64,000 nt of DNA from a virus. Position numbers and translations under genes: made by a program. Positions 54,908 through 63,323 of the stretch are shown piece by piece; the stretch's first letter is position 1; every line of letters starts with the position of its first letter. The DNA is taken from IMG/VR virus record IMGVR_UViG_3300049846_002130, positions 96,001-160,000 of that record; one strand, given 5' to 3'. The notes beneath the pieces were generated by a model. The model made no database searches. It was not told where the DNA came from and saw nothing but the letters and a program-made list of their open reading frames with translations.

Positions 54908-55794
54908 GGAGTCATCGTATGCAACTTACTACTAAAACTTTGGTTCAAACTGATGGTGGACAATCAGTAACACGGACATGGTATGTACATGTACCTTCGC
55001 AAGGCTCTACGGGCCGTCCAGTAATTTTCTTCTTCCATGGCCATGGAGGTAGTGGCCTTGGAATGTCAGGTAACTCCAATATGGATTACTATGCTAACAA
55101 AGGTTATGTACTGGTTTACCCAGATGGACTACCTTTTGTAGATGGTAAGCTAGGTTGGAGAACCTTAGCAACTCCACAATATAACACTGGTCTTGATCAA
55201 AACTTTGTTGAGCTAATGATAGCTGAACTAACTTCATCGCCCTATAATTGTGATGCTAGTAAAATCTATTGTTCTGGATTCTCGAATGGAACAGATGTTT
55301 GTTGGCAAATGTACACACAAAGGTCAGATTTAATTCGAGGATTCTCTACATTTGGTAGAGGTATTGATCAAGAATTTGTTGGATTGACTCCAGCTATTCT
55401 TCGTCCCTGGTCAACTACAATTGGTCAGCAAGACGATTCTTGGGATGGTCATAAAGACCCACCGGAGAATAATGCTTGGGGTGCATTAGAGACTAGAGAC
55501 TACGTATGTGGGCTTAATAACCGCACTACAGTAGCTACACCGCCCGCAGGCACTGCAGCCGGTAGTCCTCCAAATCCATCTACTGGTACAAAACTTACTG
55601 TATTTAACTACAATACAGTAGCAACCTCTGGACAACCTTCTGCTCAGGTCTCAGCAGGTACTGTGTCTCAGGTTACACAACCAGCTCTGCATAGATGGTT
55701 CGCTAAGCTTCCTGCTTGGCCCGATAACTTCTATGCCACATCTTATACAATAACCTTCTTCAAGACATATGCTGGATTACCAGCAGAGCTATAG
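54892..55794 (+). CDS. alpha/beta-hydrolase, PHB-depolymerase/LpqC-like esterase
   Basis: FFHGHGGSG, VYPDG, GFSNG nucleophile elbow. Confidence 0.75.
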   Translation: MDRRMRSHRMQLTTKTLVQTDGGQSVTRTWYVHVPSQGSTGRPVIFFFHGHGGSGLGMSGNSNMDYYANKGYVLVYPDGLPFVDGKLGWRTLATPQYNTGLDQNFVELMIAELTSSPYNCDASKIYCSGFSNGTDVCWQMYTQRSDLIRGFSTFGRGIDQEFVGLTPAILRPWSTTIGQQDDSWDGHKDPPENNAWGALETRDYVCGLNNRTTVATPPAGTAAGSPPNPSTGTKLTVFNYNTVATSGQPSAQVSAGTVSQVTQPALHRWFAKLPAWPDNFYATSYTITFFKTYAGLPAEL

Positions 55795-55803
55795 GATTAA
55801 CAG

Positions 55804-56121
55804 ATGGGTGTTTCTGCTTTTAAACCATCATCTAATGATGGAGACTCTCTTGCAGTAGAGGAACAGTTCTCAAGAGCTTATATCTCTACTGGTGCTACTA
55901 CAACTATTAAGTCTGGTGCTGGACTACTTCATACAATAACTATTGGTGAAACAGCAGCAGGTGCTATTACAGTATATGATAATACTGCCGGAAGTGGAAC
56001 AATAATTGCTGTATTTAAAGCATCTATTGCAGAACAAACGTTTGTACTGGATGTATTGTTTACTACTGGTCTTACGATAGTAACAGCAGCTGGTTCTAAA
56101 CTAACTGTTAGCTATAGATAA
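55804..56121 (+). CDS. small beta-rich structural protein
   Basis: TIKSGAGLLHTITI...VYDNTAGSG; N-terminal AFKP shared with the 48778 gene. Confidence 0.5.
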   Translation: MGVSAFKPSSNDGDSLAVEEQFSRAYISTGATTTIKSGAGLLHTITIGETAAGAITVYDNTAGSGTIIAVFKASIAEQTFVLDVLFTTGLTIVTAAGSKLTVSYR

Positions 56122-56126
56122 TTCTT

Positions 56127-56624
56127 CTACCCGAAGATTAAAAAACGGTCTTCGGGTAGAATTCTATCTAGCACTTGCTTTACGTCTTCCCAATTAAGTC
56201 CACCATTACCGCAACCGGGCTTAGGCAAAGCCACTATTTTATTTTTAGTTGTGGTTCTTAACTGGGAAGCACTAAGAGCAATTCTCTCTAAGCTAGACTT
56301 GCCCATCCACCCAGGGAATGTACCCTGGGTGTTTTTGTTTTTATACCGAGGTAACAGCTCTTCATAAGGAGATATCTTATTTTTAGTAGGAAAGCTCCAT
56401 ATTTCAGTCCTGCCATCTTGAGCTATTTTACATGGTTGATTATTACCTTGTAACAATAACGTACCTAAAACCTGAGCACAATCCGGATAACGAGCTTTTG
56501 CTTCAGCTGCAATACCTCGCCCCATAATAGCTTCGCCTTTTGAATTAGTACAGAGATTGGTTGTGATACATAAAATATCAACACTGTCGATAGTATTCCA
56601 AATATCATCATGTTGGATTAGCAT
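56127..56624 (-). CDS. macrodomain ADP-ribosylhydrolase (DarG/TARG1-like)
   Basis: TTN...MGRGIA, SFPTK, LPKPGCGNGGLNW. Confidence 0.85.
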   Translation of the reverse strand: MLIQHDDIWNTIDSVDILCITTNLCTNSKGEAIMGRGIAAEAKARYPDCAQVLGTLLLQGNNQPCKIAQDGRTEIWSFPTKNKISPYEELLPRYKNKNTQGTFPGWMGKSSLERIALSASQLRTTTKNKIVALPKPGCGNGGLNWEDVKQVLDRILPEDRFLIFG

Positions 56625-57411
56625 TTAATTTCTCCATATACCAATCTCTAACGATAAGACTCAACAAATCTCTATATAATTCGGGTAACTCTAGTATAGC
56701 TAGATTGTTATAAACATAGTTATATACAGTGCTCTTAAGTTCAATAATGTTTGAAGTATCTAGATAATAATTAGCTTTGTTTAGACCAGTCTGGATAGCC
56801 ACTATATCTTTTAGTTCTGGTATGTCAGTAAAAACAAAAGTTTTAACTACTTTATTATCTTTAATAAAACTAATTGTATTATTGTCACACTTATTAATAA
56901 AAATGTTCTTAATAAGAAAATTAAATTCTTCAATCATCTTGATTAAGATTATTTGTTTGGTTTTGATTTTCTCATTTGTAAGTGTAATACCATGCTGATC
57001 GTAAAATCTTGATATACCATCTTCTGTTATGAGTTTATTAAGTTCACATGGATAGTTAACAGGAATTATTAAGAATGGATACTTCTTGTTAGGTCCAGCT
57101 TCTATATAAACACCAGGAAGTTTATTAGTATCAGAAGGTAGTCTAATACATATGTTATAAGAATCTTTACTAACCTGTAAGGTAAATTTTATCTCTCTAT
57201 TGTCTATATCTAACTTAAATCTAGAGGATAAACAATCTAGCCAATCTCTCTCTGTATCTTCTATAGTATTAGTTGGTTCAGAGCTTTCGTTATTTAATGT
57301 GCTTGCTAATAATAAGCTTAACAAACTAAGGCTACCAACTTTTAGAAGAGTGGAAGAGCCTGTCTTTGTTTTAAGATTGTTTTTAGTCTTAATCTTAGGT
57401 TTTGTTTTCAT
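56608..57411 (-). CDS. hypothetical protein with basic-then-hydrophobic leader
   Basis: MKTKPKIK... followed by LSLLSLLLA. Confidence 0.7.
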   Translation of the reverse strand: MKTKPKIKTKNNLKTKTGSSTLLKVGSLSLLSLLLASTLNNESSEPTNTIEDTERDWLDCLSSRFKLDIDNREIKFTLQVSKDSYNICIRLPSDTNKLPGVYIEAGPNKKYPFLIIPVNYPCELNKLITEDGISRFYDQHGITLTNEKIKTKQIILIKMIEEFNFLIKNIFINKCDNNTISFIKDNKVVKTFVFTDIPELKDIVAIQTGLNKANYYLDTSNIIELKSTVYNYVYNNLAILELPELYRDLLSLIVRDWYMEKLNANPT

Positions 57412-57424
57412 TATTAGCCGGTGG

Positions 57425-58156
57425 TTAAAATGGTATTAAGGGATCAATAGTAATAGATTTAAACTTCTCTAATATAATCCTTGCTGGTTCTTGGTTATGA
57501 GCAACGATACATTCTGAGAAGACAAACAGCCTTGTCAGCTCATCTATCGTAGGAAGGTTTTGACAATTAATTACTTTGTTTCCTATTACAATTTGAATGT
57601 TTTGCCCTTTACGAGAAATTGAGTAAGCTTTGTTATTAAGCTGTCCAGTTACTGATTTAAACGATTCATATTCTTTAACTGAAATAATAGTATGCTCATA
57701 CTTGGTTTCTGGTTGATCATATGGATCTATAGACTTTCCATAAGCTTGTAATTCTTTTATTATTGCTTCTACGTCTACTGGAAAATCAAAGCAAAGCCTA
57801 AAATCTTTTGCATCTAATGCAAGCCACCTATTATCTTCCCAGTCATTCCACAAGAAAAGAATCATTCCTGTTTCTTGATCAATAATTCTAATATCTATTT
57901 CAGACATAACTATATTAAACTTCTTACCATAAATATCAATTATTTTTACATAAGAAAAGGGATCTTCTGCTGAGCCTGTTTCATCAATCCAAAAGCCAGG
58001 TAATGGCTTAATAATACTAGGAGTTGGTAGTGAAAGAGTTATAAGACTAGCTAAACCTAATATAGACAAAAGAGCAAAAGAGTTTTTTGTACTATTAGTT
58101 TTAGTTAAAGACTTTGCTTTACTTTTTGGTTTAATCTTGTTTTTAGCTCTTTGCAT
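57425..58156 (-). CDS. hypothetical protein with basic-then-hydrophobic leader
   Basis: ATG at 58156 with GGAG SD; the track start lies inside a tRNA. Confidence 0.7.
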   Translation of the reverse strand: MQRAKNKIKPKSKAKSLTKTNSTKNSFALLSILGLASLITLSLPTPSIIKPLPGFWIDETGSAEDPFSYVKIIDIYGKKFNIVMSEIDIRIIDQETGMILFLWNDWEDNRWLALDAKDFRLCFDFPVDVEAIIKELQAYGKSIDPYDQPETKYEHTIISVKEYESFKSVTGQLNNKAYSISRKGQNIQIVIGNKVINCQNLPTIDELTRLFVFSECIVAHNQEPARIILEKFKSITIDPLIPF

Positions 58157-58173
58157 TATTTCTCCAATAAAAG

Positions 58174-58263
58174 CGGAAGGCTGAGGACTCGAACCCCATA
58201 CGGCTTTACCCGTACCCAAGCTTTCAAGGCTTGTCGCCGCCCATCGCAGCTGCTTAACCTTCC
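58174..58263 (-). tRNA. tRNA-Ser(UGA), long D arm, can fold 8/4
   Basis: GGAAGGT(T)/(A)GCCTTCC acceptor; CAAGC-CTTGAAA-GCTTG; long V arm; G73. Confidence 0.85.
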
Positions 58264-58268
58264 AATAT

Positions 58269-58354
58269 TAGACCTAATAGGACTCGAACCCCCGGAAGTT
58301 ATTAACTTCAGTGCTTTTCAAGAGCACCATCTTAAACCACTTGATCACAATCCC
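58269..58354 (-). pseudogene. tRNA-Ser(UGA)-like element with mismatched acceptor
   Basis: Intact D, anticodon (GTGCT-CTTGAAA-AGCAC) and V arms; acceptor GGGATTG versus TAGGTCT. Confidence 0.75.
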
Positions 58355-58359
58355 AGTTA

Positions 58360-58737
58360 TTAACAAATATTATCGGGTAATGAAATTATATTAGCATGCA
58401 ATTTCATGTGACAGTTTGCGCATAAGCAAATACACTTAGCCAATTCAGCTTTAAGCTTTAAAGCTGAATAGCTTCCCTTGGCATTACCGATATTAAAATC
58501 TTTTTCGTTTGGATCTAGATGATGAGCAACTAAACAAACGAATTCTTTTTCTGGACAGAGATTGCATCCGTTGGACTTAAAGTCATTAATTATAAGTTTG
58601 TTTCGAATAGCATATTTTTCTCTATTTTTGTTATTACGAATTTTCATTTTTTGATTATATATAGAATCAGTATGATATCTATTATTATAGTATTCTCTAT
58701 TATATTCTTTCCGCTTTTCTTTATCTTTACTAGGCAT
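58360..58737 (-). CDS. free-standing HNH endonuclease
   Basis: CNLC...AHHLDP...KCICLCANCHMKLH. Confidence 0.85.
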   Translation of the reverse strand: MPSKDKEKRKEYNREYYNNRYHTDSIYNQKMKIRNNKNREKYAIRNKLIINDFKSNGCNLCPEKEFVCLVAHHLDPNEKDFNIGNAKGSYSALKLKAELAKCICLCANCHMKLHANIISLPDNIC

Positions 58738-58754
58738 AAAAACTCCTAGTAAAG

Positions 58755-58783
58755 ATTGTATAGAAGACTTAATTTTAAGTCAA
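58755..58783 (-). promoter_or_regulatory. sigma70-type promoter for the HNH gene, with an internal palindrome
   Basis: TTGACT-17 bp-TACAAT; gacttaa-tt-ttaagtc at 58766-58781. Confidence 0.65.
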
Positions 58784-58806
58784 GAATATCAAACTATAAG
58801 TCTAAG

Positions 58807-58880
58807 TGAGAGAGCAGGGATTTGAACCTTGGACCACTTGCTTAACAGGCACAATGCTCTACCACCTGAGCTATAGGTCT
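58807..58880 (-). pseudogene. tRNA-Asn(GUU)-like element with mismatched acceptor
   Basis: Good D arm, CTGTTAA loop and T loop; acceptor AGACCTA versus CTCTCTC. Confidence 0.75.
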
Positions 58881-58883
58881 ATG

Positions 58884-58957
58884 CGGGCCCTCCTGGACTT
58901 GAACCAGGGTATCGCAGCTTAACAGGCTGCTGCCTTTACCGACTTGGCGAAGGGCCC
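58884..58957 (-). tRNA. tRNA-Asn(GUU), no encoded CCA
   Basis: Full 74-nt cloverleaf; GCAGC-CTGTTAA-GCTGC; G73. Confidence 0.92.
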
Positions 58958-61077
58958 TCTAGTTTAGTACTAAACTTTAATTTTTCTTGATCTCTAGTTA
59001 CATAGATTATGTCATTGGCTACATATATACCACCTATGACTTCATTAGATAGTGGATCAAGTAAGTAGTTATTAATTGCTCGCTTTAGTGGACGTCCACC
59101 AAAAGCAGGGTCATAACCTTTATCAACAAGTAGTTCCTTAGCTTCAGGAGTTATTATTAGCTTAAGTTCTTTATCTGCTAATTGTTTTTGTACTTTATGT
59201 AAGTGAATATCTAGTATCTTACTTATATCGGATTTAGTAAGTGGATCAAATATTACTTTACTATCGATTCTATTTAGAATCTCAGGCTTAATAGCTTTAA
59301 GTAATTCAGCTTCAACAGCAGCTGTAGCTTTTTCTCTGTTACCTGCAGCTTCAAATATTTTTACAGAGCCAATATTTGAAGTCATGATGATAACAGTATT
59401 CTTAAAGTCTACGCTCCGGCCACGACTATCAGTTAGCCTGCCTTCATCTAATAGTTGTAAGAAAACATTAAAGACATCTGGGTGCGCCTTCTCTATTTCA
59501 TCAAATAGAACCACAGAGTATGGTCTACGCAATACTGCCTCAGTTAGCTGGCCACCTTCATCATGACCAGCATAACCTGGAGGTGAACCTAGTAATCTAC
59601 TAACAGTATGCTTTTCCATATACTCTGACATATCGATACGAACAATGGCGTTCTCATCATCAAATAAGAACTCAGCCAAAGCCTTTGCTAGCTCAGTCTT
59701 GCCAACACCAGTCGGTCCTAAAAACAAGAAACTACCTGTCGGCCGGTTAGCATCTTGAAGGCCAGCACGGGCTCGTCGGACAGCCTTAGATAAGGCCACA
59801 ATGGCTTCGTGTTGCCCAATAACTCGTTTATGGAGATTATCTTCCATATGCAAAAGCTTCTGAGATTCGCTTTGCTTTAGTTTGTTAACCTTGATGCCTG
59901 TCCACTGACCAATAACCTTTGCTATGTCGTCATAGGAAAGAGCATCCGAAAGAAGTGGTTTCTCACCTTGAACATTAGCTAGATTATTGTTTAGATTCAA
60001 TAATGTTTGTTCAGCTTCAATCAGAGTACTATATCTAATCTTGCTGGCTTGTTCATAATCACCATTAGTTTCAGACTCTTCGGCAATAAGAAAAAGTTCT
60101 TCTATGAGTTCTTTTTGAGAAGCAATCTCATCCAAGATAGTTCTCTCTTGAGACCACTGAAGCTTTAGGTTTGCAAGATCATCTTCTTTTGTTCTAAGCA
60201 AGGCTTTAAGCTTATTGTAAGCAGTTACATTACGATCACTTCTTATAGCTACTTCATTAACCCTAAGAGATATAACTTCTCTTTCTAGTAAATCAATCTC
60301 ATGAGGCTTACTTTCAGATGTAGTCTTTAATAAGCTACAAGCTTCATCAAGTAAGTCAATAGCTTTATCTGGAAGATTTCGTTCAGTTAAGTACCTGTTG
60401 CTTAAAGTAGCTGCAGCTATTAAAGCAGAATCATTAATCTGAATACCATGATAGGTTTCGAACTTCTCTTTTAGGCCTCGTAGGATTTGCAGGGTTACAT
60501 CAACACTTGGAGCATTAATAAATACTGCCTGGAATCTACGATCTAATGTTTTATTCTTTTCGAAGGTCTTCTTATATTCATCAATACTAGTTGTACCAAT
60601 CACCCTAAGGTTGCTTCTAGATAGACTATCCTCAAGCATACTGCTTGCATCAACTCCACCCTCAGACTTACCAGCACCAACAATATTATGAATATTATCT
60701 AGAAAAAGAATTAAGTCATCGCTCCTAGATTCTAATTCTCTAAGAAGTTTAAGTAGTCGTTCTTCGAATTCACCTCTATAACTAGCCCCAGCTAGAAGAC
60801 TAGCTATATCTAGGGATAGAATTTTTTTATTCTTTAGATATTCTGGGACATCCTCAACTACAATTCTTTGAGCAAGGCCATAAACTATAGTGGTCTTACC
60901 TACACCAGAAGCTCCTATTAAAATAGGATTATTCTTAGATCTACGAGTAAGAATCTGAATAACTCTTCGAATCTCTTCATCTCTACCAATTGTGGGATCA
61001 AGTAAATCTTCTTCAGCTAAAGCTGTAATATTCTTACAGTAGCGAGCAACAATATCTTCCTTAGCTGACTTGGTCAT
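58936..61077 (-). CDS. clpB: ClpB-like disaggregase lacking the N-terminal domain
   Basis: Two NBDs (GASGVGKT, GPTGVGKT) with a middle coiled coil. ATG at 61077 has GGAG SD; the track start reads through a tRNA. Confidence 0.93.
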   Translation of the reverse strand: MTKSAKEDIVARYCKNITALAEEDLLDPTIGRDEEIRRVIQILTRRSKNNPILIGASGVGKTTIVYGLAQRIVVEDVPEYLKNKKILSLDIASLLAGASYRGEFEERLLKLLRELESRSDDLILFLDNIHNIVGAGKSEGGVDASSMLEDSLSRSNLRVIGTTSIDEYKKTFEKNKTLDRRFQAVFINAPSVDVTLQILRGLKEKFETYHGIQINDSALIAAATLSNRYLTERNLPDKAIDLLDEACSLLKTTSESKPHEIDLLEREVISLRVNEVAIRSDRNVTAYNKLKALLRTKEDDLANLKLQWSQERTILDEIASQKELIEELFLIAEESETNGDYEQASKIRYSTLIEAEQTLLNLNNNLANVQGEKPLLSDALSYDDIAKVIGQWTGIKVNKLKQSESQKLLHMEDNLHKRVIGQHEAIVALSKAVRRARAGLQDANRPTGSFLFLGPTGVGKTELAKALAEFLFDDENAIVRIDMSEYMEKHTVSRLLGSPPGYAGHDEGGQLTEAVLRRPYSVVLFDEIEKAHPDVFNVFLQLLDEGRLTDSRGRSVDFKNTVIIMTSNIGSVKIFEAAGNREKATAAVEAELLKAIKPEILNRIDSKVIFDPLTKSDISKILDIHLHKVQKQLADKELKLIITPEAKELLVDKGYDPAFGGRPLKRAINNYLLDPLSNEVIGGIYVANDIIYVTRDQEKLKFSTKLEGPSPSR

Positions 61078-61109
61078 ATGCACTCCAATCAATATAAGCT
61101 TATTATAAA

Positions 61110-61193
61110 CGGAGCCGGCAGGATTCGAACCTACGATAGTGTTACTATGGTTGTTTAGCAAACAACTGGTTTAAGCCACTCACCCACAGCTCC
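61110..61193 (-). tRNA. tRNA-Ser(GCU), no encoded CCA
   Basis: Full 84-nt cloverleaf; GTTGT-TTGCTAA-ACAAC; long V arm. Confidence 0.92.
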
Positions 61194-61200
61194 AATGAGA

Positions 61201-61650
61201 CTAGCTTTTCTTTGAATCTCTAATCTCCACATATATCCTGGCGACTACCTTTGCAGAAAGCCTGTCTACAGCATCTTTATATGCTACTGCTGTCCACTTA
61301 TCTTTAATATGAGTGGAAAGATCTTCTATTGATCCACTTTTATATACCTCGTTATCATCTATAACTACATGCTTAAAACTATTACTATCTCTATCATAAT
61401 AATAGTCTGTATAACTATACTGCTTAGGTAGTACCTGTAATCTATCTTCTAGAAATCCATAGTAAAATAGTTCATCAAAGAGTTTACGTTCTTTTTGTTC
61501 CTTAGTTTCTGCTAACTCTGTGTTAGCAGCCCACAATAAACCAACAAGGCTAGCAAAGCCCAAGATTTTAGTTGCAGAGTTTACTTTTTGTTCATTCTTA
61601 ACTAACAATTTGGTTTCTTGCTTAGCTTTAGGTTTTAAATTGTTACCCAA
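61201..61650 (-). CDS. hypothetical protein with basic-then-hydrophobic leader
   Basis: LKPKAK... followed by ILGFASLVGLLWA. Confidence 0.65.
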   Translation of the reverse strand: MGNNLKPKAKQETKLLVKNEQKVNSATKILGFASLVGLLWAANTELAETKEQKERKLFDELFYYGFLEDRLQVLPKQYSYTDYYYDRDSNSFKHVVIDDNEVYKSGSIEDLSTHIKDKWTAVAYKDAVDRLSAKVVARIYVEIRDSKKS

Positions 61651-62018
61651 TTATCACCATTAATCCATTTGTTTAGATACTCTTCTGGAAAAACAGAATT
61701 ATCAGAATTTAGCTCTACAAATGGGTCTGCTTTAGAACTTTGAGTTAATAGCTTATATTTACTTCCTGATGCAGTTGTTACGATACCGTCTTCATATGAA
61801 ACAATGGGGCCTGTAACTGTCCATCTTGCAGGAGGCCGACTTCCATCAGCTTCCTCCTCAACCCATCCAGTAAGACACCAGATCTTAAGATTTGGATCAG
61901 TATAGGCTTTCTTAGGAAGCAAAGACCACTGACTAAGTGTTCTTCTTCTAGGAGAGTCTTTCGTATCAAAATGTAAGGTTACATTTTGAGTAACTAGTGC
62001 AATTAAGTTAGGATCCAT
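61635..62018 (-). CDS. hypothetical protein
   Basis: TGPIV......TTASGSKYKL motif. Confidence 0.65.
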   Translation of the reverse strand: MDPNLIALVTQNVTLHFDTKDSPRRRTLSQWSLLPKKAYTDPNLKIWCLTGWVEEEADGSRPPARWTVTGPIVSYEDGIVTTASGSKYKLLTQSSKADPFVELNSDNSVFPEEYLNKWINGDNWVTI

Positions 62019-63316
62019 TAGCTAATCTCCTCTATATCTATTACATCCTGTTCTTTAGCAATACCTTCAAGGTGTTTAAAGACAAAGCCTTTGTGTTTAA
62101 ATATTGTACCGAACATATTTGGATGTTCGACTCTAATACAAACACCTTCAATAGGATGTCTATTATCAATAGGATCTGGTCCATCTGATAGCTGGTGACT
62201 AAGTTCCAATAAAGCTTCTTTAGTATCTAGCTTAAATCTTGTTAGCTCGGGGACATGTTTAAGTCCTAGTTCTTTACACCTAGCTTTAATCTGATCCCAA
62301 GATAGTTCTGTTATAGCTCCGTCAGTATCACAACTAGTAATTCTATAAACATAAAGTTCATATTGGCCTTCAGAAAGACCATATGAATAAGTAATTGTAG
62401 GTGGATAAATCCGGGCTAAAGCTTTTCTTATATCATCTTTATCTCTTATTAAAGAATGCTGAGCCATGATTGGTTTATTATGCATCCAACCAACTAATTC
62501 GTAATATAGAACTTCACCTTTATGAAGACTGAGTTTACTGCCTATTGCTTGTCGCCAAGCTCTGTCTCCAAAGTCGGTCTCAATAAGTTTTTCTCTTGGA
62601 TCAAAAGTAACATTACGACTACCAGTAACATGCTTCCAATCACTTTTGGTTTTAAGTACAAATGGAATCTTAAAGAAAGCTAATAACCAATTAATAGCAA
62701 GCTTCCAGAACCAAGGTTTTCTTTCAACCAAAACATGACCGGTTCTACCACTAGTTCCGTGTAGTTTTTGAGTAATAATTATATCTGCTTGATCTGGAAT
62801 AGTACTTAAATAATAGCTAAGTTGTTTAGTGTCATAATGCTTAGGAAGCATTATGATTTCTTTAAGCTTCGTTTTTACTTTGTTTGGCTTCTTTATCAAA
62901 GAGGTTGTAGCTTTAGAGAAATATTTATTACAAACAAGTTGATTGTTAATTATAGTAAAGGTTTGACCTTCTTTTAGTTCAGCTAAATTAGTACCCGTCC
63001 AGCTAAGTTTATCTAGCTCAAGCCAAATACCTTCTGATCTAACTCCTCGAATAGTAATACATTTTATTCTTCGATTAGCTTCGAAGTAACCGTTGGCTTC
63101 AGGGTCTTTGTTTTCACCTTTACCACGTCGGTAAAGATTATTGTGATAACACATCTCATGGCTAAGCTCCCCATCGGAGGGGAAATAAATACCAAGCTGA
63201 CCATCTTTAACTACATTAGAAACCACAACTTCATTACCTAAGCAAGAACCTATTAAAAGTCTACTTGCATTAGGATGTGGTTTTGTTTTTATTCTGGTAA
63301 TAATTGCTTCATACAT
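62018..63316 (-). CDS. RNA ligase (Rnl2-type) with N-terminal OB domain
   Basis: HPNASRL OB-like start, QKLHGT (motif I), YYELVG, LYVYRI, IEGVCIR, FKHK. Confidence 0.85.
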   Translation of the reverse strand: MYEAIITRIKTKPHPNASRLLIGSCLGNEVVVSNVVKDGQLGIYFPSDGELSHEMCYHNNLYRRGKGENKDPEANGYFEANRRIKCITIRGVRSEGIWLELDKLSWTGTNLAELKEGQTFTIINNQLVCNKYFSKATTSLIKKPNKVKTKLKEIIMLPKHYDTKQLSYYLSTIPDQADIIITQKLHGTSGRTGHVLVERKPWFWKLAINWLLAFFKIPFVLKTKSDWKHVTGSRNVTFDPREKLIETDFGDRAWRQAIGSKLSLHKGEVLYYELVGWMHNKPIMAQHSLIRDKDDIRKALARIYPPTITYSYGLSEGQYELYVYRITSCDTDGAITELSWDQIKARCKELGLKHVPELTRFKLDTKEALLELSHQLSDGPDPIDNRHPIEGVCIRVEHPNMFGTIFKHKGFVFKHLEGIAKEQDVIDIEEIS

Positions 63317-63323
63317 AGTGTTC

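Noticed and set aside
58157-58219. N-terminal extension MGTGKAVWGSS of ORF 57425..58219
   Set aside because: It is read through tRNA-Ser(UGA); the ATG at 58156 has a proper SD.
58174-58354. Selenocysteine or opal-suppressor tRNA
   Set aside because: The anticodon is UGA (reads UCA, Ser), not UCA, in both copies.
61078-61161. N-terminal extension of ClpB given by the ORF track
   Set aside because: It is read through tRNA-Ser(GCU); the ATG at 61077 has a proper SD.
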